A program made the position numbers and the translations under genes. The notes beneath the pieces are model-generated. The model was not told the DNA's origin. It saw only the letters and a list, made by a program, of their open reading frames with translations, and did not search any database. From assembly GCA_963678825.2 (NCBI GenBank), contig CAXXPB010000042.1, forward strand, positions 87,344 through 151,343: a stretch of 64,000 nucleotides of DNA, written 5' to 3'. This document shows, piece after piece, positions 10,814-19,471 of this stretch (the first letter of the stretch is position 1; every line of letters starts with the position of its first letter). The DNA comes from an uncultured Microbacter sp. (GTDB taxonomy: Bacteria > Bacteroidota > Bacteroidia > Bacteroidales > Paludibacteraceae).

Positions 10814-10836
10814 TTCCAAACGGATATGCACACCGT

Positions 10837-10874
10837 AAAGGCTTCATTGAATCGTTATATTCAATGAAGCCTTT
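10837..10874 (+). terminator. Intrinsic terminator
   Basis: AAAGGCTTCATTGAAT...ATTCAATGAAGCCTTT inverted repeat then T-rich tract. Confidence 0.85.
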
Positions 10875-10967
10875 GTTATTTTTATTTCTCCCCTCACGAC
10901 CAATTAGCTTAATAATTATTTTTTTATACCAGCCACAAATTGCATTTAATTTGTTAATTATTTATCG

Positions 10968-10975
10968 TATGTTTG
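10968..10975 (+). promoter_or_regulatory. Putative -7 box reading into the cassette-like array
   Basis: TATGTTTG fits TAnnTTTG; the -33 box is not canonically spaced. Confidence 0.45.
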
Positions 10976-11115
10976 CAGAGGAAATCAATTCGCTTCGGAG
11001 CGTAAGTAACTAACGGTTATTGAGATTACAGACAGATTCTCGTTCAAGCTTAACGAAGTGTAGCTTGGCCGTAAAATAGAATCAGTTTGCAACTGATTAG
11101 CTTCATTGATTTTCA

Positions 11116-11191
11116 ATTCACTTTGTCGCTGGGCATCAGTGAACGCTCACGCAAACCGCCAATACCCTTAGCCTCGGCAGTTAGCAGCTAG
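11116..11191 (+). repeat. attC-like site, family Y right arm, ending at GTTAGCAGCTAG
   Basis: Shares ATTCACTTTGTCG with 45770-45782 and is complementary to the arm at 45739-45776; ends in GTT just upstream of an ORF. Confidence 0.55.
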
Positions 11192-11242
11192 CCGAAAAAC
11201 AATAATGCAATTGCAAGTTTAATTGACAATAACAAAAGAAAT

Positions 11243-12115
11243 ATGCAAGGAGTATGTAGGTTAACTCTAAAACAATGTGAACTTCAAAACTCACATATCT
11301 ATCCAAAGTTTGTAGTTGATTGGATGAAATCTACAGGCTCAAAATACCTAAGAAATTATACTACACCAAATAGGAGGCAGCAAGACGGTCTCAAAAAATA
11401 TTTATTATCTTATGAAGCAGAACAACTTTTTAGTATTCACGAAAAATGGTTTTGTGAAAATGTTTTTCATAAATATTTAGAGAATCAAACTCTTGAAATT
11501 GAATACAATGAGAGTTTATTTTATTTTGCAATTTCTTTTTTGTGGAGAATCTTAGTTCTTGAACTAGAACATCCCAATATTCAGACATTTAAATTTGTTA
11601 ACGAAATGAGAGAAGCTGAAAAAGAATGGCGAGACTTTCTTCTAAACGGAATCTACCCTTTAAATTATGACAGAATTCATTTAATACTATCAGACAATAT
11701 AAAAAATCACACTCTACCTAGTGGAAATGTTGAATACTTCTTTACTAGAAGTATGGATGGCACTACTGCTTTTAACGAGGAGTATAATAAATGTTCCATT
11801 TTTGCGAAGTTCTCCAAATTTATTTTTTTGGGGTTTATAAAAAGTCCAGATGAATCTGGTTTAGTTGGAACTAGAATAAATCCTATAAAAGGGATAATGA
11901 AAGCACCTCAAAAATTTGATAATATCGATGTGACAAGTTTCTTTCTTCACAGAATTCAGATTCTAGACAAAATGGAACTAGCTTCAGAGAATCAACAAGA
12001 AAAAATACTTGACGAAATAAGAAATAACCGAGAATTCTATCAAAACAGCGAATTATTCAACACAATGAATTTTGATAATGAAATGTATAAAAAAAACAAG
12101 AATAACAAATGGTAA
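11243..12115 (+). CDS. Hypothetical protein with degenerate HNH-like N-terminus (cassette gene)
   Basis: CRLT...SHIYPKF...QDGLK..LLSYEAE resembles the CxLC..SHIIP..LC..CE HNH-like pattern; low GC. Confidence 0.6.
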   Translation: MQGVCRLTLKQCELQNSHIYPKFVVDWMKSTGSKYLRNYTTPNRRQQDGLKKYLLSYEAEQLFSIHEKWFCENVFHKYLENQTLEIEYNESLFYFAISFLWRILVLELEHPNIQTFKFVNEMREAEKEWRDFLLNGIYPLNYDRIHLILSDNIKNHTLPSGNVEYFFTRSMDGTTAFNEEYNKCSIFAKFSKFIFLGFIKSPDESGLVGTRINPIKGIMKAPQKFDNIDVTSFFLHRIQILDKMELASENQQEKILDEIRNNREFYQNSELFNTMNFDNEMYKKNKNNKW

Positions 12116-12176
12116 TAATATAAACAAAAAACCTGCTCTGTTCATCCCATTATGCGTTTGATTATTAAGCAATACA

Positions 12177-12235
12177 ATAGCTACATAAGACAAATATATG
12201 CACCATGCAATGGCACATACACAGATGTTAGGCAC
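12177..12235 (+). repeat. Short attC-like site
   Basis: ATATGCACCAT-gca-ATGGCACATAC pairs fully only on the bottom strand (G.T wobbles); ends in GTTAGGC (12227-12233). Confidence 0.6.
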
Positions 12236-12252
12236 AAGTTAAACAATTAGAC

Positions 12253-12894
12253 ATGTACGGAATCCACAAAACATACAAAAGTGACTATCCAAATCAAGTC
12301 CACCAATTGAATCTTTCAATTTCTCAAAACCATTATTTATTGAAAAGTGGAGAGATTAAATATCAAATTAAAAAATTTGATGTCAATTGGAAGAATTACC
12401 AAAAGACCGGAAAAAGACATTTAGTTAACTTTCTAATCAGAGACCATTTTAGCAATTGCTTTTACGCAGAAATTTATCCCATTGATGAGACGCCAGATAT
12501 GAAAGAGTTTCTGTTTAATGCGTGGAGAGAAAAGGAAAAGTATGAATTTTGTGGTATTCCACATCTTTTAATCATAGGAAAACACATATTCGAAAAATTT
12601 CCAGAAATTGAAAACCTCGAGAAAAATATTGGTGTAAAAGTTCAATTAGCATCTAGTGGTTTCACTACTGGAGTTCGCTCACTAAGAGACTGGGAAAATA
12701 ATATCCGATTCGCACCATATTACAATAATTCTAAATACATCAAAGATTTTCAAAACAACACAGAACTTATTTGCCGCAGATTAAATATTCGAGACAGTGG
12801 AAAAACAGAACCAAATCTATTAAAATGGGCAAATAATAAACCTCAGGGAGGAATAATCAATGACAAAAAGAAATTTACTACTTTATTTAAATAA
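12253..12894 (+). CDS. Hypothetical protein resembling a Mu/rve integrase-core fold with degenerate DDE
   Basis: YPNQVHQLNLS, FLIRDHFSNCFYAEIY, FLFNAW...FCGIPHLLII mirror rve core motifs. Confidence 0.6.
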   Translation: MYGIHKTYKSDYPNQVHQLNLSISQNHYLLKSGEIKYQIKKFDVNWKNYQKTGKRHLVNFLIRDHFSNCFYAEIYPIDETPDMKEFLFNAWREKEKYEFCGIPHLLIIGKHIFEKFPEIENLEKNIGVKVQLASSGFTTGVRSLRDWENNIRFAPYYNNSKYIKDFQNNTELICRRLNIRDSGKTEPNLLKWANNKPQGGIINDKKKFTTLFK

Positions 12895-12945
12895 AGACAA
12901 CAAACCAGCACCTAACCCTCGTTGATCGTAGCATGCAAAACAGAT

Positions 12946-13078
12946 TCCCCCGCTCCCGCGCGAATCTTTCGCGTGGGCAAGCCAAACGTTAGGGTAAAAA
13001 CAAAATAGTAACAGCAGGTCGGCGAAACCAGAAAAACAAGACACAGCCACAGGATGCAATCGTGCAACAGTAGGGGGA
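12946..13078. repeat. REP-like element family D copy 1
   Basis: 29-bp identity GCTCCCGCGCGAATCTTTCGCGTGGGCAA with 45794-45822; distal GATGCAATCGTGC arm. Confidence 0.75.
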
Positions 13079-13143
13079 GACCTCCACATAGATAAGCTGT
13101 TGAAAATAAACCACTATTTTATCTACTATTTTGCCGTTCTTTA

Positions 13144-13881
13144 TTATAGCCATTTCACAGATATACTATCTTTCATCCATCTATATTTGATGATACTGTA
13201 GCTCCAAGGTACACTTTCGAGCAGTATATCGTATGCTTTGCTTTCGACCGTGAGTTGCAGCCCCTCATCGATTGCACAGATTTCTCCTTCCCGCTGTAAA
13301 AAACTTTCGCGCAGACCGGCTACCGAAGTATTCTTCAATTCCATCCAATTTTGAATAACTGCCCGCAACATACTATCGGTGGTTTCTTTTTCAGTATCCG
13401 TCAGAACTACGCTTTTCGGAATGGGAATATCAGTCTGAAAACCGGTCAACAGTTTATTGAAAGTCATCTGATGTTCGGAAAATTCTGTTCGTTCAAATAC
13501 CAGGTATTGTAGTACAAACAAAGTGCGTATCTGCGCATCACGATCTTTAAAACTCCCCGCTTCGGTTAACTCCAACCTATCAAACAATCTGGGCAAATAA
13601 GGAGTCAGGAGCGCTAAACCGGCATTATCAATAAAGGTTGGTTCCATAAATTCTTCTTCTAATATTTCATATTCAACAATTTGAGGAGAAAGCTTCCGTT
13701 CCGTGAGTTTTCCACTTAGCTTTTGATTCTTATTCTGCTGTATATCGTGTGACAACTGATTCAGTTCAGGCAAAGGCTGCGCTGTCCTTTTCTGAAGTAC
13801 TTGTGATTGCCGCAGTTTATTCTGTGTTAATAACCGCGATAAATAATATTTTAACAAAATCCGATTGGCATAGCAGGCCAT
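13144..13881 (-). CDS. Orphan, probably 5'-truncated contractile injection system tape-measure-like protein (CIS_TMP C-terminal domain)
   Basis: IDNAGLALLTPYLPRLF...NKLLTG...VIQNW..LKNTSVAGLRESFLQREG...AYDILLESVPWSYSIIKYRWM...VKW. Confidence 0.75.
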   Translation of the reverse strand: MACYANRILLKYYLSRLLTQNKLRQSQVLQKRTAQPLPELNQLSHDIQQNKNQKLSGKLTERKLSPQIVEYEILEEEFMEPTFIDNAGLALLTPYLPRLFDRLELTEAGSFKDRDAQIRTLFVLQYLVFERTEFSEHQMTFNKLLTGFQTDIPIPKSVVLTDTEKETTDSMLRAVIQNWMELKNTSVAGLRESFLQREGEICAIDEGLQLTVESKAYDILLESVPWSYSIIKYRWMKDSISVKWL

Positions 13882-13997
13882 CGATGATATGATAACGAAT
13901 CAGGGCATGTTAATTTTGTGGCATGATAATTCAGTAACTGGTTCGAAAACTAAAAATTACATGACAAAGTTAATATTATATTTTACATAATTCTCTT

Positions 13998-14110
13998 CCT
14001 CGTTCGCAGTAGCGTGTAAAGCAGATTAGGATTCGGCGCAGACTCTTCCTACTTTAGGATATAAAAGCAAGAAGTTTCTTTGAATGGGAATGACACGAAT
14101 AACCGCAAAT
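13998..14110 (+). repeat. Repeat family X (attC-like left arm)
   Basis: GTTCGCAGTAGCGTGTAAAGCAGATT..GTTCGGCG...ATAAAAGCAAG shared with 15539, 18723, 19184 and partly 12917. Confidence 0.75.
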
Positions 14111-14434
14111 CATCTGTTACATACACTGCCTTAGTAAACTCCAGGTGACACAAGTATGGCAGATTCTTAGTTCATGCTAACTGACAGTCAACGACCGAAG
14201 GAAGTTAAACTTGGACTGAACCAACGGTCAGCGAAGCTAAAAGATAACCAAGTTGTACTTGGTTGTGGCTGCAAACCACTCTGGTTTACAGCACAAGTTA
14301 CCGCTTCGCTCAAACTTACGCTAAATCGGACCGTCCGTTATGACCAATACTAAAAAATACAGATAAAATACGAATAAAATATAGATATTTTCATAGGTTT
14401 GATTATCTTTGTTCGGATAAAATACGAATATGAT

Positions 14435-15505
14435 ATGGATAAATTTCAAAACAAGCTAAATTTCAACTTTGGCGTAAATCAACAGATAATCAATAAAGTA
14501 AGCTTTATTGATTCATTTAGAGGCAAATGGAATCTTGTTGAACAGAAAGAAAATAATTATCTGAAAGAGCTTCGGAGAATTGCAACTATAGAATCAATCG
14601 GTTCCTCAACAAGAATTGAAGGAGTTCAATTAACTGACAATGAAATCATAGAGCTTCTTAAAAATGTGGAGATAACAAAACTTGTAACAAGAGACCAACA
14701 GGAAGTAGTCGGATATTATGATGTTCTGGAAATAATTTATGAAAGTTATCCTGAAATTCGCATCTCTCAGAATTACATTCAACAACTTCACCAAAGGTTG
14801 TTGAAATACAGCGAAAAGGATGATAGACACAGAGGGAACTATAAAAACTTATCTAATAAAGTCGTAGCAAACTATCCGGATGGAACTCAAAAGGTGATAT
14901 TTAACACGACTGAACCACACTTGGTTGAAAGTGAAATGAATGAACTAATTAACTGGACAAATCAGGAATTAGAAAAAAATGAAATACACCCATTAGTCAT
15001 AATAGCTTTGTTTATCTATGAATTCTTATCAATTCACCCTTTTCAGGACGGTAATGGTCGACTTTCAAGACTTCTGACAAATTTACTTCTGCTTAAAAAT
15101 AATTATCAGTTCATTCAATATGTATCATTTGAAAATTTAATTGAACAGAAGAAAAAGACTTACTATGAGGCTTTAATGGATGGACAAAAAGACAGAAACA
15201 CAGAAAATGAAAAAATAAATGCCTGGGTTCTTTTCTTTTTAGACTCATTGGAAACGTTAATTCACAGATTAGAACAAAAGTATAGCCTGTTTAAATCTAA
15301 AGGTGGATATTTGAGCGAAAGGCAGAAAAAGATTATGGATTTTATCTCTTCAAATCAGCCGATTAAACTAACAGATTTAGTACTTGCAATGCCCGAAATT
15401 TCAAGCCATACACTAAAAAAAGACTTGCTTTATCTTAAAACAGAACAATTTATCCAATCAATTGGCAAATATAAGGGGACAATATACATAAAAAAGGAAA
15501 GTTAA
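14435..15505 (+). CDS. Fic family protein with C-terminal HTH
   Basis: HPFQDGNGRLSR catalytic motif and SSTRIEG autoinhibitory motif. Confidence 0.92.
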   Translation: MDKFQNKLNFNFGVNQQIINKVSFIDSFRGKWNLVEQKENNYLKELRRIATIESIGSSTRIEGVQLTDNEIIELLKNVEITKLVTRDQQEVVGYYDVLEIIYESYPEIRISQNYIQQLHQRLLKYSEKDDRHRGNYKNLSNKVVANYPDGTQKVIFNTTEPHLVESEMNELINWTNQELEKNEIHPLVIIALFIYEFLSIHPFQDGNGRLSRLLTNLLLLKNNYQFIQYVSFENLIEQKKKTYYEALMDGQKDRNTENEKINAWVLFFLDSLETLIHRLEQKYSLFKSKGGYLSERQKKIMDFISSNQPIKLTDLVLAMPEISSHTLKKDLLYLKTEQFIQSIGKYKGTIYIKKES

Positions 15506-15506
15506 A

Positions 15507-15784
15507 GTACAGGCCATAATACACGTTCTTAGGTTTATCGTAGCGAATAAAACAGATTCAGGTTCGGCGTATGGCTCTGCCTACGTCGTGGATAAAAGCC
15601 GGAAATTTGGTTGAACGTAAATGACACGAATAACTGCAAATAGCTTACCACAAACATTGAAAGGCAAAATGGTTATGCTATCGTTCTAATTCGCGGCGAC
15701 TTGCGTAATTTGCGTTCAATACCTTTGAAACAGAAACGACTCGCCTCAAAAACCGCCACTACTCCTCCTATGCGAACCATTGTT
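15507..15784 (+). repeat. Longest family X element (attC-like) with a nested inner palindrome
   Basis: Starts at inverse core GGCCATAAT, inner IR 15611-15641/15688-15719, ends CTAC...TGCGAACCATTGTT complementary to the family GTTCGCAGTAG arm. Confidence 0.6.
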
Positions 15785-15891
15785 CTTAATTGTGAAAATG
15801 ATACCATAGAATAGATTTTCTTTTAAAATCCCTCTCAATAGATTAGTATTTCATCAAAACTTCCACATCTTTGTAGTCCAAATTAAACACT

Positions 15892-16563
15892 ATGGATTTT
15901 AAAGATAAAGAACTTATTATATTCGACTTTGACGGTACACTCATCAATAGTATTCCCGACTTAGCAACGGCTATCAATAAAATGTTGACGCATTTTAATT
16001 TACCAGACATAGAGATAGACCTCATTGCTTCATTTGTTGGAAACGGAGCTTCTATGTTGGTAAAGAGAGCGTTGAAACTTGCCATGCAGGACAAGGAACC
16101 AACGAATGATTTTTTCGCAGAAGCATTTGCGTTTTATCTTTCGGCATATAAAGAAGTATCGTGTCAGAAAACATTCACTTATCCGGGAGTAGTAGAAACG
16201 CTGAATTACCTTGATAAAAAAGGCTATAAGATGGTGATCTGCTCGAATAAACCGTTTGACTATATTGAACCGATTCTCGATTTTCTTTCCATTAAACCGT
16301 ACTTTAAACGTTGGATTGGCGAAGACTCAATGCCGGAGAAAAAACCTCATGCCGCCCCTTTGCTTTATTTAGCGAAAGAGATGAATACGACAGTAGAAAA
16401 AAGCATCGTGGTGGGTGACTCAAAAAATGATATTCTTGCGGCGCAAAATGCGGGGATGAATAGCGTGGGTGTGACCTATGGCTACAATTACAACGAGAAT
16501 ATTGCAGACTATAAACCAAGTGTAGTGTTAGATAGTTTTCCTGACCTACAAAAAATATTTTGA
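15892..16563 (+). CDS. gph: Phosphoglycolate phosphatase (HAD)
   Basis: FDFDGTLINS, CSNKP, KKPH, VGDSKND, YGYNY. Confidence 0.8.
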   Translation: MDFKDKELIIFDFDGTLINSIPDLATAINKMLTHFNLPDIEIDLIASFVGNGASMLVKRALKLAMQDKEPTNDFFAEAFAFYLSAYKEVSCQKTFTYPGVVETLNYLDKKGYKMVICSNKPFDYIEPILDFLSIKPYFKRWIGEDSMPEKKPHAAPLLYLAKEMNTTVEKSIVVGDSKNDILAAQNAGMNSVGVTYGYNYNENIADYKPSVVLDSFPDLQKIF

Positions 16564-16564
16564 A

Positions 16565-17998
16565 ATGAGTAAGATATACAATGTGGGCATCATCGGTGGT
16601 GGAATATCAGGTTCTGTCACTGCTTTGCAACTCTCCCAATACGGAATAGACAATATTTTATTTGAACAAGGTGAGAGCCTTGTGAATGGACCTCCGTTCT
16701 GCCACTTACACGCAGGAGGAAATCTTTACCCCGACATATCTATTGAGCAATGTAAACAGCTCATGCGTCAATCAATCGAAATGGCAAGACTATTCCCGCA
16801 ATCGATTGACGAAAGACCGACCTTTATCAGCGTTCCAAAATCAGAAAAACTGGATGTAAATAAGATTGAAGATAAGCTCAAACTTCTGGCAAATTACTAT
16901 CAGGAGTTGGTTGGTGAAGATACATCGAATGAAGTACTAGGCAATCCGGCCAACTATTACAAAGCCTACACGCACGAAGATTTGGTTGCACTGGCAAAAC
17001 AAGACACTGTAGAACAGCCCAAATCACACGATGAATGGATGGCCAACGCTATTAAATACATCGATTACGAAAGCTTAAAAATGCCGGTTTTCTTAGTACA
17101 GGAATATGGATGGAACCTGTTTCGGGTAGCCGCTCAGGTACAGTTAGCTCTGACTAAGACCAAAGAATGTGAGCTACAAACAAACACTAAAGTCACCGAC
17201 ATCAAAGACGTACGCGATCAGAATCCGGATTACAACTGGGAAATAAGCACGAATGATGCCGTCTACAAAGTGAAGTATTTAGTGAATTCATCCGGCTATA
17301 AAACGGCAAATATAGATGAATATCTACAGCTAAACTCTAACCGACTGATTGAATACAAAGCGGCCTATATATCCAAATGGCATAGTATTCCGGGCTTAAT
17401 TCCCGAAATGATTTTTCACGGAGAGCGTGGCAGTACGCACGGCATGGCTCAGCTAACACCCTACGATAACGACTATTATCAAATTCACGGCATGACCAAG
17501 GATATCACCTTGTTTGGCAACGGATTGATACAATCAAAAGAAGATGTATCACCAGCCGAATTTGACTCAGCTATCAAACAGAAAATTGCTCGTGAATGGA
17601 ATCAAAATGAAATCAACGAAAGAACTGAATCTGCCATCAGGTATGCAGCCCAATATGTACCGTCATTCAAATCGGCTACTGTGGGTGGGCCGCCCCTGCA
17701 TGGAGCACAGCAAATACCCGGAGATGACCCTAACCTAAGAGTAGGTGAAGTGTGTTTTCCATGTGAATCGTATGCTCGTTCTGAGATTGTAAAAGCGTCT
17801 TCTGCCTTAACGGTAGCCATGCAAATCATTCAGAAAATGCAGGAAGAAAACATTATTCCGGCATTTCAAACGAATGCAAAACAAAATGCACTACTTGACA
17901 GCATCTCCAAACCCGAGATTGATAAGCTAGCAAGTGACCTAGCCAGCCAACGAGGATATCCAAGCTCGCTTTCGCGACTACTTATTGAAAGGAAATAA
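16565..17998 (+). CDS. FAD-dependent oxidoreductase of unknown substrate
   Basis: GIIGGGISG Rossmann motif, CHLHAGGNLY; starts 1 nt after the gph stop. Confidence 0.8.
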   Translation: MSKIYNVGIIGGGISGSVTALQLSQYGIDNILFEQGESLVNGPPFCHLHAGGNLYPDISIEQCKQLMRQSIEMARLFPQSIDERPTFISVPKSEKLDVNKIEDKLKLLANYYQELVGEDTSNEVLGNPANYYKAYTHEDLVALAKQDTVEQPKSHDEWMANAIKYIDYESLKMPVFLVQEYGWNLFRVAAQVQLALTKTKECELQTNTKVTDIKDVRDQNPDYNWEISTNDAVYKVKYLVNSSGYKTANIDEYLQLNSNRLIEYKAAYISKWHSIPGLIPEMIFHGERGSTHGMAQLTPYDNDYYQIHGMTKDITLFGNGLIQSKEDVSPAEFDSAIKQKIAREWNQNEINERTESAIRYAAQYVPSFKSATVGGPPLHGAQQIPGDDPNLRVGEVCFPCESYARSEIVKASSALTVAMQIIQKMQEENIIPAFQTNAKQNALLDSISKPEIDKLASDLASQRGYPSSLSRLLIERK

Positions 17999-18055
17999 AT
18001 ACGTTACCGATTTGTAATCTGCAAGTAAAAATTGATTGAAAACATAAAACTCAAA

Positions 18056-18490
18056 ATGACAAAAGCGCCTGATATAATAGTTAAAACATTAGATTACCAG
18101 CCTATTAATATCTCTGAAAAATATTACAACAAGAACTTACTAATTCTCTTTTACAATAATGATTGTTTAGGTTGTACTGGTCGATCCCTTCCTTTAGCTC
18201 ATAAAATAATGCACGAATTTAAAGATCTGGAAGTAATTGGAATACATAGTAATTTCAACAGAGCTATTACGAAAGAAGAAATTATTGAAATATTTACCTC
18301 AAAGGCACTTCCTTTCCCTATATATATCGATGAAGAACATAAAGTTTTTGATTTGTATCAGTGTGAAGGAACTCCTCACTGGATTATAATTAATAAACTT
18401 GGAGAAAAGTACCGGTCATTTTTTGGATCACAGGAAAATATTCAAACAAGATTATGGTATTCTTTGAGTGAATTAACGCAAACTGAATAG
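18056..18490 (+). CDS. Redoxin/TlpA-like thioredoxin-fold protein
   Basis: CLGC motif, VIGIHS, GTPHW. Confidence 0.8.
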   Translation: MTKAPDIIVKTLDYQPINISEKYYNKNLLILFYNNDCLGCTGRSLPLAHKIMHEFKDLEVIGIHSNFNRAITKEEIIEIFTSKALPFPIYIDEEHKVFDLYQCEGTPHWIIINKLGEKYRSFFGSQENIQTRLWYSLSELTQTE

Positions 18491-18722
18491 TAGCAACGAG
18501 CAATGAAAAGCAAGTAAAAGGAGCTCTTACATGGTAAGAGCTATAAACAAAAGATCGGAGTCACGATTTCCTCAGCTTTGCATATTGCCTCCGTTCTGTG
18601 TCAGCAAGGGCAATAAAGACATTGAATTTCAACAATTAACGTAGATTGTAACATCTAATTAGACGATTAGGCAGACTTTTATAGTGATTTGATATTGTTT
18701 CTATAATCTCTTCAATCTCTCT

Positions 18723-18792
18723 GTTCATTGTAGCGTGTAAAGCGGATTAAGGTGCGGCATATGGCTCTGCCTACGCCGGATATAAAAGCAAG
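18723..18792 (+). repeat. Repeat family X, partial copy
   Basis: GTAGCGTGTAAAGCGGATT...ATGGCTCTGCCTACGCCGGATATAAAAGCAAG. Confidence 0.75.
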
Positions 18793-18915
18793 GCTCGTTG
18801 ATTTCCAATTCGTGCGGCAGCAGATAAAAAGCGCAAAAATAAACTATTTGAAAATAAATTAGTTATACTCAATTAATATACCTACCTTTGCGGAATAATT
18901 TTTTAATTACATGTT

Positions 18916-19107
18916 ATGAATAATGGTACAGTAAAATTTTTTAATGATTCAAAAGGATTTGGATTTATTAAAGAAGAAAAATCAGGAATTGAATATTTTG
19001 TTCATGTTTCAGGTTTAGTTGATGAAATCAAAGAAAATGATGAAGTTTCTTTTGATCTTCAGGATGGCAAAAAAGGATTAAATGCATGCAATGTTAGACT
19101 TTCGTAG
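18916..19107 (+). CDS. Cold-shock protein
   Basis: GTVKFFN, KGFGFI (RNP1), FVHVS (RNP2); TACCTTTG promoter box at 18883. Confidence 0.93.
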   Translation: MNNGTVKFFNDSKGFGFIKEEKSGIEYFVHVSGLVDEIKENDEVSFDLQDGKKGLNACNVRLS

Positions 19108-19135
19108 TCTATTTATCATATACATTTCAATTTGG

Positions 19136-19162
19136 GTCCCGCATTTAGCGGGACTTTTTTTT
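19136..19162 (+). terminator. Terminator after cold-shock gene
   Basis: GTCCCGC-attta-GCGGGAC-TTTTTTTT. Confidence 0.85.
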
Positions 19163-19183
19163 GCTTAAATATTCCGGCATCCC

Positions 19184-19375
19184 TTCGCAGTATCGTGTAA
19201 AGCAGATGCGGGTTCGGCCTATGGCTCTGCCTATGCCGGTGAAAATGCAAGAAGTTTTTTGAACGCAAATAACACGAATATCACAAATTACCGCAAATAA
19301 TCTGCATTGCGGCTACCATACCGAAAGGTTCTGATTTTGTCTTGAGTTGCGGGTACTTGCGCAATTTGCGTTCGA
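19184..19375 (+). repeat. Repeat family X copy with inner GAACGCAAAT/ATTTGCGTTC palindrome
   Basis: Colinear with 15539-15719. Confidence 0.75.
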
Positions 19376-19471
19376 TTCCACACAATCCAAACGCACAAAG
19401 ATAACAAAGGCGATTCCCCGATTATCGGAGAACCGCCTTTATCGCTTTCATAATCTATCGGCTACTGAAAT

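Noticed and set aside
8753-10831. Long antisense ORFs (366 and 311 aa) opposite the S9 peptidase, and similar shadows over lysA, kdpB and E1
   Set aside because: Explained by the codon bias of the real sense gene; no recognisable motifs
12988-12995. GTTAGGGT as the right core of the attC starting at 12910
   Set aside because: It lies within the family D element and other D copies lack GTT there, so it may be coincidental
12917-19375. Family X repeats as a CRISPR array
   Set aside because: Repeats are long, degenerate and separated by whole genes; no cas genes
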